Assembly: GCA_031276035.1 (NCBI GenBank)
Contig: JAISNV010000028.1
Span: 55,222 to 119,221, forward strand
Source of the DNA: Bacteroidales bacterium
Lineage (GTDB): Bacteria; Bacteroidota; Bacteroidia; Bacteroidales; BM520
Direction of reading: 5' to 3'
DNA: 64,000 bases
Made by a program: the position numbers and the translations under genes. Shown here piece by piece: positions 38,401 to 46,440 of the stretch (its first letter is position 1; every line of letters begins with the position of its first letter). The notes under the pieces are model-generated. The model did not search any database. It was not told where the DNA came from and worked only from the letters and a program-made list of their open reading frames with translations.

Positions 38401-40987
38401 AATCTTGATCCGTATAATAATACGACCAATATTTAGATTGCGGTTCAGGTAATTTTACGCCTACATATCTTTTGAAAGGAGAAAGTACGCTTGATGTTGA
38501 GGAAATGCTGAAATCTCCGTTACCTTCAAAAACTTTAGTAATAAAAACGGCTTTAGAAAATCCCGGTAAAGATAACTTAGAAAGATTTTCCAGATTTATA
38601 TCCGCATTTCCTTTGTCATTGAGTTTCAACGATGAAACCAAATTTACTTCGGTAGGAATAAAATCAGCACTAACATTATTAAACGAATATCCCGGAAAAT
38701 CATTAAAAGATGTTGTTATTGAAGAAACCTTGACATCAACGGAAGCGCTTAAGTTTGAAGCAGGAAGTCCGTTTAACCAAGCAGAATTTAATTTAACTTT
38801 CGGAACTCTATTCAATGATATTGTTTTCGGAAGATTAAGATCAACTTTCAATCTGTTCGGTTTTACTGTTTCAATACGTAAGCCCTTGTGAAAGCTCTGA
38901 TTGCCGAGATGAATGTATGCCGACCATAATCCCGTAGGATCTGAAGGCACTGTTGCAAATGCAAAAGAATAAATATTTCCGACTGTAGAATTATTAACTC
39001 TTTTCAAGACTAATCTGCCCTGACTATCAAAAACTTCCAAAATTACCGGAAAATTCTTAGGTACAGTATTATGAATATCCGAAATAATAAAATTAATATT
39101 AACGGAATCACCCGGACGCCAAACATCACGATTACTGTATATGAATCCGTTAATATTAGATTTAACCAAATTTCCCGAAACATCAAAATTGCTCAAAGAA
39201 AGAGACTGGTTTTTATCAAGTTTAATATATGCTTTGCTGGTTTTGCCGTCACGCACTTCAACAAAATAAGGTACAGACTCCGGTTTAATTTTACATTTAC
39301 CTTCCATATCGGTTTGTGCCTGCCCGATAACCTGTTTTTGAAAATTATACAAAAGCACATCGCAATTAGCAACCGGTTCGGCATTATTAATACCTCTTAC
39401 GAAAACATTTACCAGCTCATCGGTTGCGTATTTTACCGTAACGGCAATATCCGAAACAAGAATATTTTTCTTTATTTCAACATAATTATAGAACGAACGG
39501 CTGCAGGGATCTTTTTCCTCCTGCCACCAATTAGGTCCATAATAATATGATTTATAATCGTAATATTCATTATCCCAATATTTGTCGTCATAATAAGTTT
39601 TACCTACTATTTCGTTATCACAATCAACTGCATAGCAAGTCATATCATAATCCAAAGAAATCTGAAAAAGATCGCCCGGAATAACATCAACATAATCGGC
39701 AATACGAATACTGTAAACTTTCTTCTGCGAGTAATCATCAGCAGAAAGTGCTAATTTCACTTTTCTTTCCAGTCGTCCTACATTTCTTATATAATATGTA
39801 TCACTAAAATTATTATCTTGTAAAAAATCCAAAACATTATTATCATAAATCTTTACAATTCTTAAAATTACGGAATGAAGATTGGCTGCTTCAAAAAACA
39901 TTGTCGCACCGCTTTTATCAGGAACAATATAACCATCGTCAAGCCAATTTATTGACGGTAAATTCGAATCGGTGAAAACAAAACTTAAACTCAAATCATC
40001 GTTTAACTTTTTCGAATTAATATCTTTCAAATTTTCATCAACATACAAATAAATTTCTTCATTAGCAAGATCATTAATATTATCGAAAACAATTGACAAC
40101 AGATTATCATTAATTTGAGTTTTATATGAAGCTGTTTGGGAGATATAAATCAATCCGTTAATATTTGAATTCGGATGCAAAGGATTTGAAAATTCAACGG
40201 TTAGGGTTTTGGTTCCGCTTTTTGCTGAATGATTAAGATATTTAAATTCGGACTTTGCCGGGATTGTATATTTCTTTTCTTCTTTACTATTGATATTCAT
40301 CGGTTCGCCGTTGAAATTAATTGTAAAGGCATATTCTCTATCAGCCCTGACAATATTAGGAACGGTAATTTTAACTCTTTTACTTCCGATTTGTTCCGCA
40401 TAACAAGAATATTTCTTTTGTACATTACTATCAATCAATTTTATAGCATCCTGGATAGTCACAGAATTTACGAATTGCAACTCAAAAGAAAGAGTACAAG
40501 TATCCGTATCGCTTGCAAGATAAAAGGCTTCCGAAACTTTGAAATCCTGCGCTTTAACAATAAAATCGAAAGTAAAATCAGGAAGATTCGTCGGACTGTC
40601 AATAAACTCCTTCAAATTAAATTTACATTTATAAACTTTATCAGCCTGCGGCTTTTCAGCAAATTTATAACCGATTGTATGTTCATCCACCCAATAAACT
40701 TCGCCCTTAATTTTAGGATTGATATTAAAAACCCGAGAATGAATTACCTCTCCAAAAACTTTTTTCAATTTAATATCAGAATTGAAAGAAATTTGAAGAT
40801 CCTGATTTTCGGAAATAAAACCTGATGTGTAACTTGTAATCAACCCGAAATAAACCTCATCAAAATTATTAATACTTTCAATGAATTCATTTTGTTGGTT
40901 TTTTGTTGAATCTTTGTGTGTACAAGCCGATATTAGACTTGATATAATAATCACGCTTGTGATTATTAGCAGATTTCGTGTTTTCAT
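35471..40987 (-). CDS. bacterial alpha-2-macroglobulin family lipoprotein (YfhM-type)
   Basis: 1838 aa. Lipobox LISAC. Thioester context GYPHGCLEQTVSKAFPQLY. Large size and pbpC adjacency. Confidence 0.85.
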   Translation of the reverse strand: MKTRNLLIITSVIIISSLISACTHKDSTKNQQNEFIESINNFDEVYFGLITSYTSGFISENQDLQISFNSDIKLKKVFGEVIHSRVFNINPKIKGEVYWVDEHTIGYKFAEKPQADKVYKCKFNLKEFIDSPTNLPDFTFDFIVKAQDFKVSEAFYLASDTDTCTLSFELQFVNSVTIQDAIKLIDSNVQKKYSCYAEQIGSKRVKITVPNIVRADREYAFTINFNGEPMNINSKEEKKYTIPAKSEFKYLNHSAKSGTKTLTVEFSNPLHPNSNINGLIYISQTASYKTQINDNLLSIVFDNINDLANEEIYLYVDENLKDINSKKLNDDLSLSFVFTDSNLPSINWLDDGYIVPDKSGATMFFEAANLHSVILRIVKIYDNNVLDFLQDNNFSDTYYIRNVGRLERKVKLALSADDYSQKKVYSIRIADYVDVIPGDLFQISLDYDMTCYAVDCDNEIVGKTYYDDKYWDNEYYDYKSYYYGPNWWQEEKDPCSRSFYNYVEIKKNILVSDIAVTVKYATDELVNVFVRGINNAEPVANCDVLLYNFQKQVIGQAQTDMEGKCKIKPESVPYFVEVRDGKTSKAYIKLDKNQSLSLSNFDVSGNLVKSNINGFIYSNRDVWRPGDSVNINFIISDIHNTVPKNFPVILEVFDSQGRLVLKRVNNSTVGNIYSFAFATVPSDPTGLWSAYIHLGNQSFHKGLRIETVKPNRLKVDLNLPKTISLNRVPKVKLNSAWLNGLPASNLSASVDVKVSSITTSFNDFPGYSFNNVSADFIPTEVNLVSSLKLNDKGNADINLENLSKLSLPGFSKAVFITKVFEGNGDFSISSTSSVLSPFKRYVGVKLPEPQSKYWSYYYTDQDWTFDVVLVNEDGKIDDENADLSLSVYKLDYYWWWDNDYENLSKYVNGTYKRPVKGDVISMKNGKSKFVLNFADKDWGTYLIVINDYKGGHVFSEVVNFDYPYYDRNKNISDAPAILSLKTDKDTYQVGETINLTFPANKEAKALVCIEGSSTVIESFNVSDLKEDALVKIVATEAMLPNVYINVILFQPYTSGNDLPIRLYGIVPVKVEDPATKLQPVISMPKETQSKTNIDITVSETSGKPMYYTLALVDEGILGITSYKTPDPHKYIFSKQALRINTWDNYSGIIDAYEGEMNSVFAVGGDMEFNDMETALSKRFQAVAFSYGPFELKAKAKDKHSIEIPEYIGSLRAMVIASNDKNAYGSTQENIIVKDPIMIMPTAPKIVSPNDEFIVPIQVIAPDMIGKNINISLSTNKLNIIGKNSMSVTTNSNGEATVEFTLRVPKVSGNAELIINASAGNVGAESKITIPIRMPFSLKQTVVMEKVNPKSTKTIDLSFNGIDGTTGGQVTLNTLIPLDLFSHLDFLIGYPHGCLEQTVSKAFPQLYLDYFITFDDAKQKEIKLNVEAAISKLKNYLRNDNSMTNWMGGSYVVPWTEIYASHFLIEAKNRGYNVPDDMLSGIMKYHANKAKAWNYNVDYPTSDVYQAYRLFILALNNTPETGAMNRFKEQENLQQLSKVILSATYALSGKTKIAQDIFAEVKLEPNKMMSDWYISYGSFSRDFAFYIYAEMLINADEEIVRQDILSLAGEFGKNQWMSTQTAAFNLFVLGKYAEKHNLTKSDLVANLTIDNKNYQINTNRSSIVFDFVPNEDSKIEVENLSNDMIYASVYAKGYVAEYDTIESGAYINMSVNYYDKSGQLINPKSLAKNTEFYAEITVENNDKRYRITDNALTYLLPGGWEIVNNRMFDDYYDQNIRFIDIRDDRAYYYFDLMPGAKLKFRISLVAVHSGKYTVPQVRCDDMYNNEIFYVIPARNIEVK
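36800..36811 (-). other. thioester motif CLEQ (residues 1393-1396) of the alpha-2-macroglobulin
   Basis: Plus-strand ttgttccaaaca is the reverse complement of TGT TTG GAA CAA, in frame with the start at 40987. Confidence 0.8.
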
Positions 40988-41032
40988 GACTTGATGTGTT
41001 TTTAATTGAATTTTTAAGAAAATGGGGAAAAG

Positions 41033-41959
41033 TTAATGTAGTTTCTGGCGTTTTTTTAGAAATGTGAGCATAATATTATTATATCCCGTATTAATATCCG
41101 CTTCCACATAATCTATTTGATATTGTTGGCAACGAAGTTTGATTTCTTCATGAAATTTTTTCTGGAAATCAATATATTCTTCACGAATTAATCTAGGATT
41201 AATTTTCAGTTCCGTGTTGGTTTCCAAATCAATAAATTTTGTAGGTTTTTCCGGAAAATTAAAATCTATTTCCTTATATTTATCAACAACGTGAAAAAGT
41301 ACGACTTCGTTTTTATTATATTTCAGATGTTGTAGAGCCGAGAAAACCGAGTTTAAGTCGGCATTATCATCAAACATATCAGTAAATAGAATTACCAAAG
41401 ATCTTTTATGTATTTTTTCTGCGAGAAGATGAATCGAATTTGTTACATCGGTTTTTCTTTTATCCGAAAGTTTAAAATTCTCAATCAATTTTTCATATTC
41501 GGTAAATAAAAATTTTTGATGTTCAATGGAAGATCTTACCGGAGTGAAAAGTTCAATATTATCTGAGAACACAGAAAGTCCGACTGCATCGCGTTGTTGT
41601 TGTAATAGTTTTGTGATACAAGCAGCAGCATAGATAGAGAATGTAATTTTGTTGGGATTATCAACAGTAGGATTATCCATTATCGGATAATACATTGATG
41701 ATGAGTCGTCAATCAGCAGGTAACAACGAAGGTTAGTTTCTTCTTCGAAACGTTTCACAAAGAGTTTATCCGTTCGAGCATACAATTTCCAATCAACATG
41801 TTTTACCGATTCCCCATGATTATATTCTCTATGTTCGGCAAATTCAACAGAAAACCCGTGGAAGGGACTTTTATGCAAACCTGTCATAAAGCCTTCCACC
41901 AATTGGGTTACTATGAATTCCAACGAGTTAAACCGTTGTACCGCTTTATTATCTAGCAC
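41033..41959 (-). CDS. DUF58 domain protein (vWA-like)
   Basis: 308 aa with a GTG start overlapping the trxA stop by 7 nt. GLHKSPFHGFSVEFAEHREYNHGESVKHVDWKLYARTDKLFVKRFEEE matches the conserved DUF58 N-terminal block. Confidence 0.75.
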   Translation of the reverse strand: MLDNKAVQRFNSLEFIVTQLVEGFMTGLHKSPFHGFSVEFAEHREYNHGESVKHVDWKLYARTDKLFVKRFEEETNLRCYLLIDDSSSMYYPIMDNPTVDNPNKITFSIYAAACITKLLQQQRDAVGLSVFSDNIELFTPVRSSIEHQKFLFTEYEKLIENFKLSDKRKTDVTNSIHLLAEKIHKRSLVILFTDMFDDNADLNSVFSALQHLKYNKNEVVLFHVVDKYKEIDFNFPEKPTKFIDLETNTELKINPRLIREEYIDFQKKFHEEIKLRCQQYQIDYVEADINTGYNNIMLTFLKKRQKLH

Positions 41960-42267
41960 AATTCCTGAACTTTAGCTGCGAGTGCTGCTTTATTTGTAGC
42001 ACCAACCTGTTTAGATACAACTTCGCCTTTCTTGATAAATAATACGGTCGGAATATTTCTCACACCGTATTTTGCGGTAATAGCAGGAGATTCCTCGATA
42101 TCAACTTTACCTATATTCACTTTATCCTTATACTCAACCGCCAATTCGTCTATATAAGGAGCAATCATTTTACAAGGACCGCACCATTGAGCCCAAAAAT
42201 CCAAAACCAAAGGTTTTTCATCATTCAAGAATTCATCAAAATTCTTATCATTAATTTCTAATGCCAT
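41953..42267 (-). CDS. trxA: thioredoxin
   Basis: 104 aa with the active site WAQWCGPCK. Confidence 0.9.
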   Translation of the reverse strand: MALEINDKNFDEFLNDEKPLVLDFWAQWCGPCKMIAPYIDELAVEYKDKVNIGKVDIEESPAITAKYGVRNIPTVLFIKKGEVVSKQVGATNKAALAAKVQELC

Positions 42268-42313
42268 AGTATTTAAGTTTTTATAAATAATTATATTAAT
42301 TTCAATTTAATTG

Positions 42314-42321
42314 CAAAGTTA
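42314..42321 (-). promoter_or_regulatory. candidate -7 box (TAACTTTG on minus strand) upstream of trxA
   Basis: Plus-strand caaagtta is the reverse complement of TAnnTTTG, about 47 nt upstream of the trxA ATG. Confidence 0.4.
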
Positions 42322-42398
42322 AAGAAAAAAACAACAATTAACAGTTAATAACAAACAATTAATCGTTGTAAAGTATTTCGAGTTCCGAATCCGGGAGT

Positions 42399-43118
42399 TT
42401 AAAATGTATATTCAAAGTAAAGTTGTACAGATCTAAGAAGCGGATTAAAATCACGGTCGATTGATTCTAATACGTTAGCAGCATTATCAGGTTTGCCAAC
42501 ATTAAACTTAATTGTTTCAACAGCGGGGATAAATCCGTGCATATATCTAAGACTCAAACCGAATTTACTATTAAACTTATAAGACAGACCTAAAATACCG
42601 GATACATCGGATCTATTAAAAACTTTTGCACTGAATTCTTTATAACTATAATGCGGATAAGTTATCAGAATGGCCATATATGGGCAATCCAGCAAGTCTC
42701 TTACAAAAAGTTTATATGAATATTGGGCACCAACTTCCACCGTAAAATTCCGATTTATGTTAACTGTTAATAACAATGGAATTGAGAGATTTGTTGTATA
42801 ATATCTAATATTACCGAGCCATTTTTCACCTTCATCACTATATCCGGCAATAAATATCATACTATAATTTTGTGTTGAAACTACTAATTCGCTTGAGATA
42901 CCAATTACAGGTGTAAAGTTATATGCTACTTTAAAGCCTCCGTTAAAGCCTAACATTACATCTGAAGAGAAAATATCTCTATCAAGATCGCCGCGACTCA
43001 TAAACGACAGATTGACACCGGCTTTAACGCCATAGCTCCAATTAGTATTTTTATTTTGGGCAAAAGAAACGGAAATTATAAAAGAGAAAAGAGTTATAAA
43101 AAATATATTTCGTTTCAT
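42399..43118 (-). CDS. outer-membrane beta-barrel protein (porin-family / PorT-like)
   Basis: 239 aa. Signal peptide ending SFAQ; WSYGVKAGVNLS start; alternating strands; terminal aromatic (YFEYTF). Confidence 0.6.
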   Translation of the reverse strand: MKRNIFFITLFSFIISVSFAQNKNTNWSYGVKAGVNLSFMSRGDLDRDIFSSDVMLGFNGGFKVAYNFTPVIGISSELVVSTQNYSMIFIAGYSDEGEKWLGNIRYYTTNLSIPLLLTVNINRNFTVEVGAQYSYKLFVRDLLDCPYMAILITYPHYSYKEFSAKVFNRSDVSGILGLSYKFNSKFGLSLRYMHGFIPAVETIKFNVGKPDNAANVLESIDRDFNPLLRSVQLYFEYTF

Positions 43119-43238
43119 TATTTATTTATTTTATTTATTTAGGTTTACAAAAGTAAGAAAAAAATACTGGCATAAAAAAAAGCTAAAAAATTTTAACATT
43201 TTTTTTGGCAAACACATTGCAAATAAAAAAAAGATATT

Positions 43239-43246
43239 TATCTTTG
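43239..43246 (+). promoter_or_regulatory. candidate -7 box (TATCTTTG) for the Omp28-like gene
   Basis: Exact TAnnTTTG 55 nt upstream of ATG 43301. Confidence 0.4.
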
Positions 43247-43300
43247 CGTAAATATTCTTTTTTATTAAAATTTAATTTATCAACTAATAATGAATGTCTT

Positions 43301-45034
43301 ATGAAAAAATTTACTCTTTTATCATTACTTATTCTAATTTGTTGTTGTTTTACAATAACAGCACAAAATTATGTGTCTACGGACCCCAGCAACAAAAACG
43401 TTCTTTTGGAAGAATTTACAGGCGTAAACTGCCAGTATTGTCCTTTAGGTCATTTATATGCCAATCAATATGCAGATGCTAACCCAGGTAGATTCTGGGC
43501 AATAAATATTCACACCGGTGGTTATGCCTCTACAAGTTATCCTAATTTCAACACTTCAGACGGAGCCACAATCGCAAGTGGTTTTTCAATAGGCGGGTAT
43601 CCGGCAGGTACATTAAACAGAAACGGCACAGCAACAATCACACCAAGTACTAATGCTTGGTGGAATAATGCAACTACTATGCTTAATCAACCTGCGGTTG
43701 CAAATATCGCAGGCGTGTGTATCATTGATCCAGCAACACGTATTGCAACAATTAACATTGAGGTTTACTATACTGCCAATGGTGCAGGTTCATCTAATAA
43801 AGTCACAGTAGCAATGTTACAAAACAATATTTTGGGTAGTCAATCCGGGATGAGTTATAATCCTGGACAAGTTATTAATGGTCAATACAATCACATGCAC
43901 GCATTACGTGATATTATAACAAATACATGGGGTGATGAAATAACTGATATTTCTCAAGGATCTTTGGTTGAATTAACTTATACCTATGAAATTCCTGATA
44001 TTATTGGTAGTCCTAATGGAATTGAAGTTATTGTTGATGATTTGGAGTTTTTAGCGTGGGTAGCTGAAACCAATTATCAAATAATTACTGTAAATGAACT
44101 TGAAATAATTATTGGCAGCGACAAACCGATAAATCCGGCAATAAAAGAATTAACACAACAAGAAGGTATCTCTTGTGAAGATACGGAAATGATAGAAATC
44201 GAAATATTAAATGGCGGTGTTGATGAAATTACTTCAATAGAATTTGAAATAGATGTTGACGGATTTGTAACGACTCAAACATGGGAAGGAAGTATCCCTT
44301 CATATTTAAAAGGATTGGTTGAAATGGAGATTGGAGTGAACACAGGAGAACAAGTACTCACAATAACAATAATCAAAGTTAATGGAACTACAATTGAGCA
44401 AAACGGTGCTACAACAAAAACAATCAATATTACGCACGGCGAATGGTCGGCAATTGAAGATCCTATGGAATATATTACCTTAAAATTATGGCAAGACAAA
44501 TTCGGCCATCAAATTACATGGAAAGTATTCGCATCGGATATGACTGTAATAGCCAGCGGAGGCCCATACGGAATATTACCTAACACTACACCGGTATTAC
44601 GCGAACATGTAATTTCTATTGAAAATGATGATTGTATTAAATTTATCGTATACGACTCCGGTTGCAATGGTTTCAACAATACTCAAGGTGCAGGTCATTA
44701 TGAATTAATCCATAGCAACGGTAACATTATTTTTGAAAGTGATGCTACTTTTGAATGTGAAGAAAGCGCAACATTCAATGTGAAAAGAAAACCCGATGGT
44801 ATCACAGATAATAATAAAACAACCATTTATCCAAATCCAGCAAATGATTATATAAACATTACCGATATTAGTAATGTTAAATCAATCAACATATATAATG
44901 TTGCAGGAAAACTCGTTCTTCAATCAACAGCTACTAACGAAGTAAATATTTCAACCCTTAATAAAGGTGTATATTTCTTAAAATTGATGAATAACGATAA
45001 TACTCAAACTAATATTAAATTTGTAAAAGAGTAA
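43301..45034 (+). CDS. Omp28-related protein with T9SS C-terminal sorting domain
   Basis: Start moved to ATG 43301 (MKKFTLLSLLILICCCFTITAQ). LLEEFTGVNCQYCP motif typical of Omp28-related proteins. C-terminus IYPNPANDYINIT...GVYFLKL...KFVKE is a T9SS type-A sorting domain. Confidence 0.6.
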   Translation: MKKFTLLSLLILICCCFTITAQNYVSTDPSNKNVLLEEFTGVNCQYCPLGHLYANQYADANPGRFWAINIHTGGYASTSYPNFNTSDGATIASGFSIGGYPAGTLNRNGTATITPSTNAWWNNATTMLNQPAVANIAGVCIIDPATRIATINIEVYYTANGAGSSNKVTVAMLQNNILGSQSGMSYNPGQVINGQYNHMHALRDIITNTWGDEITDISQGSLVELTYTYEIPDIIGSPNGIEVIVDDLEFLAWVAETNYQIITVNELEIIIGSDKPINPAIKELTQQEGISCEDTEMIEIEILNGGVDEITSIEFEIDVDGFVTTQTWEGSIPSYLKGLVEMEIGVNTGEQVLTITIIKVNGTTIEQNGATTKTINITHGEWSAIEDPMEYITLKLWQDKFGHQITWKVFASDMTVIASGGPYGILPNTTPVLREHVISIENDDCIKFIVYDSGCNGFNNTQGAGHYELIHSNGNIIFESDATFECEESATFNVKRKPDGITDNNKTTIYPNPANDYINITDISNVKSINIYNVAGKLVLQSTATNEVNISTLNKGVYFLKLMNNDNTQTNIKFVKE

Positions 45035-45058
45035 CAAACAATTAATAATTTATATAAG

Positions 45059-45088
45059 GAGGTTACCCGAAAGAGTAACCTCTTTTTT
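45059..45088 (+). terminator. rho-independent terminator
   Basis: gaggttac (45059-45066), 8-nt loop, gtaacctc (45075-45082), then TTTTTT. Confidence 0.7.
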
Positions 45089-45253
45089 GTAAATTATGAA
45101 AAATAAAAAATAACAGTTACTTAAAACAATGTCATAAACTTCTGAAATAAAACCACATTCCCTTAATGATATTGATTACTCGCTTAATCTAAAATGAGAT
45201 ACAAACTCTATAAAACAAAATTTAATCTGTAATTTCACCAAACATCTACTCAT

Positions 45254-46288
45254 ATGAAAAGCCATCTAATTTTATTCGCGTTTATTTTAAGTATCTCTTT
45301 TTTAGGCGCAACCTGCGACCGTATTCCTCCCGAGCCGGAAGGCCCGACACCGGAAGAACCAACAACACCCGATGATCCTACAGAGCCCGAAGAACCAATA
45401 TTAGTATTGACTGAAAATATTACATCCGGACGGGTAAATACTCTAAATAAATTTTCCTTCAAATACGGAAGAATGGATGTTTATGCTAAATTGCCGAAAA
45501 CGGGAAACGGCTTGTGGCCGGCAATATGGCTTTTAGGTGCCGATTTCAACGGTTATTCTAATGACGGAAGCGAATTAGTAAACACTACTAACGCCAATTG
45601 GCCGGAATGCGGTGAAATTGATATTATGGAAATGGGAAATGCCGAAGGAATAAATCTAAATACTCAAGATAGATTCTTATCGAGAGGTACACACTGGGGT
45701 TCCGTTATTAACGGCGGTCATCCCGCATATTCTATAAACAACAATTATAATTCGAGCTTACAGGATGATTTTCATCTTTTCGTTTTTACCTGGGATGAAA
45801 CTTATATTCGAATGTATCTTGATCCGCAACTTGATGGAAATTTAAATCTGTTACCAAACAATTCTCCTTATTACGAAATACTTATTAATGTATATGATGG
45901 TGAATTCCCTGTCGGAGAATATTTTCATAAAGAATATTTTATTTTATTAAATATAGCTGCTGGCGGACATTTTACCGGTGTATATGATGTAAATAATATT
46001 ACCGCATTAAATGAAGAAAATGATTATCAAGCAAGAATGTATATTGATTATGTAAAAGTTTATGAAAATATAAAAACAAATTCCAATTCTCCGGAGGAAG
46101 CTTTAGTTTGGCAGGATTTATTTGAAAATGATGCTGTTGATGAAAGTAAATGGAACATTGAAATCAATGGTAATGGGGGTGGAAATAATGAATTGCAAAA
46201 ATATTCTCGTAACAATGTATCCGTAGGCATTGAACCGGAAACCGGTAAAAAATGTCTTGTAATAACTGCAAAAAGAGAGTATGAATAA
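45254..46288 (+). CDS. glycoside hydrolase family 16 lipoprotein (laminarinase/lichenase-like), apparently circularly permuted
   Basis: Lipobox FLGATC followed by a Pro/Glu/Thr linker. GH16 blocks appear in the order FSFKYGRMDVYAKLP / WPAIWLLG / WPECGEIDIME / FHLFVFTW / ILLNIAAGG / YIDYVKVY, and only then WNIEINGNGGGNNELQKY...CLVITAKRE, which is normally N-terminal. Confidence 0.75.
   Translation: MKSHLILFAFILSISFLGATCDRIPPEPEGPTPEEPTTPDDPTEPEEPILVLTENITSGRVNTLNKFSFKYGRMDVYAKLPKTGNGLWPAIWLLGADFNGYSNDGSELVNTTNANWPECGEIDIMEMGNAEGINLNTQDRFLSRGTHWGSVINGGHPAYSINNNYNSSLQDDFHLFVFTWDETYIRMYLDPQLDGNLNLLPNNSPYYEILINVYDGEFPVGEYFHKEYFILLNIAAGGHFTGVYDVNNITALNEENDYQARMYIDYVKVYENIKTNSNSPEEALVWQDLFENDAVDESKWNIEINGNGGGNNELQKYSRNNVSVGIEPETGKKCLVITAKREYE
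45614..45631 (+). other. GH16 catalytic motif E-I-D-I-M-E (residues 121-126)
   Basis: gaaattgatattatggaa, in frame with ATG 45254; matches ExDxxE. Confidence 0.8.
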
Positions 46289-46440
46289 AAAAAGTTCATT
46301 ACTTTTGTAATCTCTTTAACCGCCGAGTTTATTCTTCTTTAAATATATAAAGATTTATTAATTTGCGATCTTATAATAATTAATTATTGCACAATATACA
46401 GAGGTTAAAGAATTCGAATATAAATTATCGCTCGCTCGTA

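Noticed and set aside
36185-40825. Multiple 60-200-aa plus-strand ORFs (36185, 36605, 36870, 38472, 39071, 40229) antisense to the alpha-2-macroglobulin gene.
   Set aside because: They lie entirely inside a motif-supported 1838-aa gene on the other strand. Their translations are low-complexity (Ile/Phe/Asn/Lys-rich) with no motifs, typical of shadow ORFs in AT-rich coding DNA.
42360-42398. Possible hairpin (gagttccgaatccgggagttt) as a terminator after the beta-barrel gene.
   Set aside because: I could not pair the stem cleanly by eye, and there is no convincing T-tract.
45250-45462. Minus-strand ORF encoding a GSSG-repeat peptide (…SSGSVGSSGVVGSSGVGPSGSGG…).
   Set aside because: It is the antisense reading of the Pro/Glu/Thr linker of the GH16 lipoprotein. 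The sense-strand gene has strong motif support.
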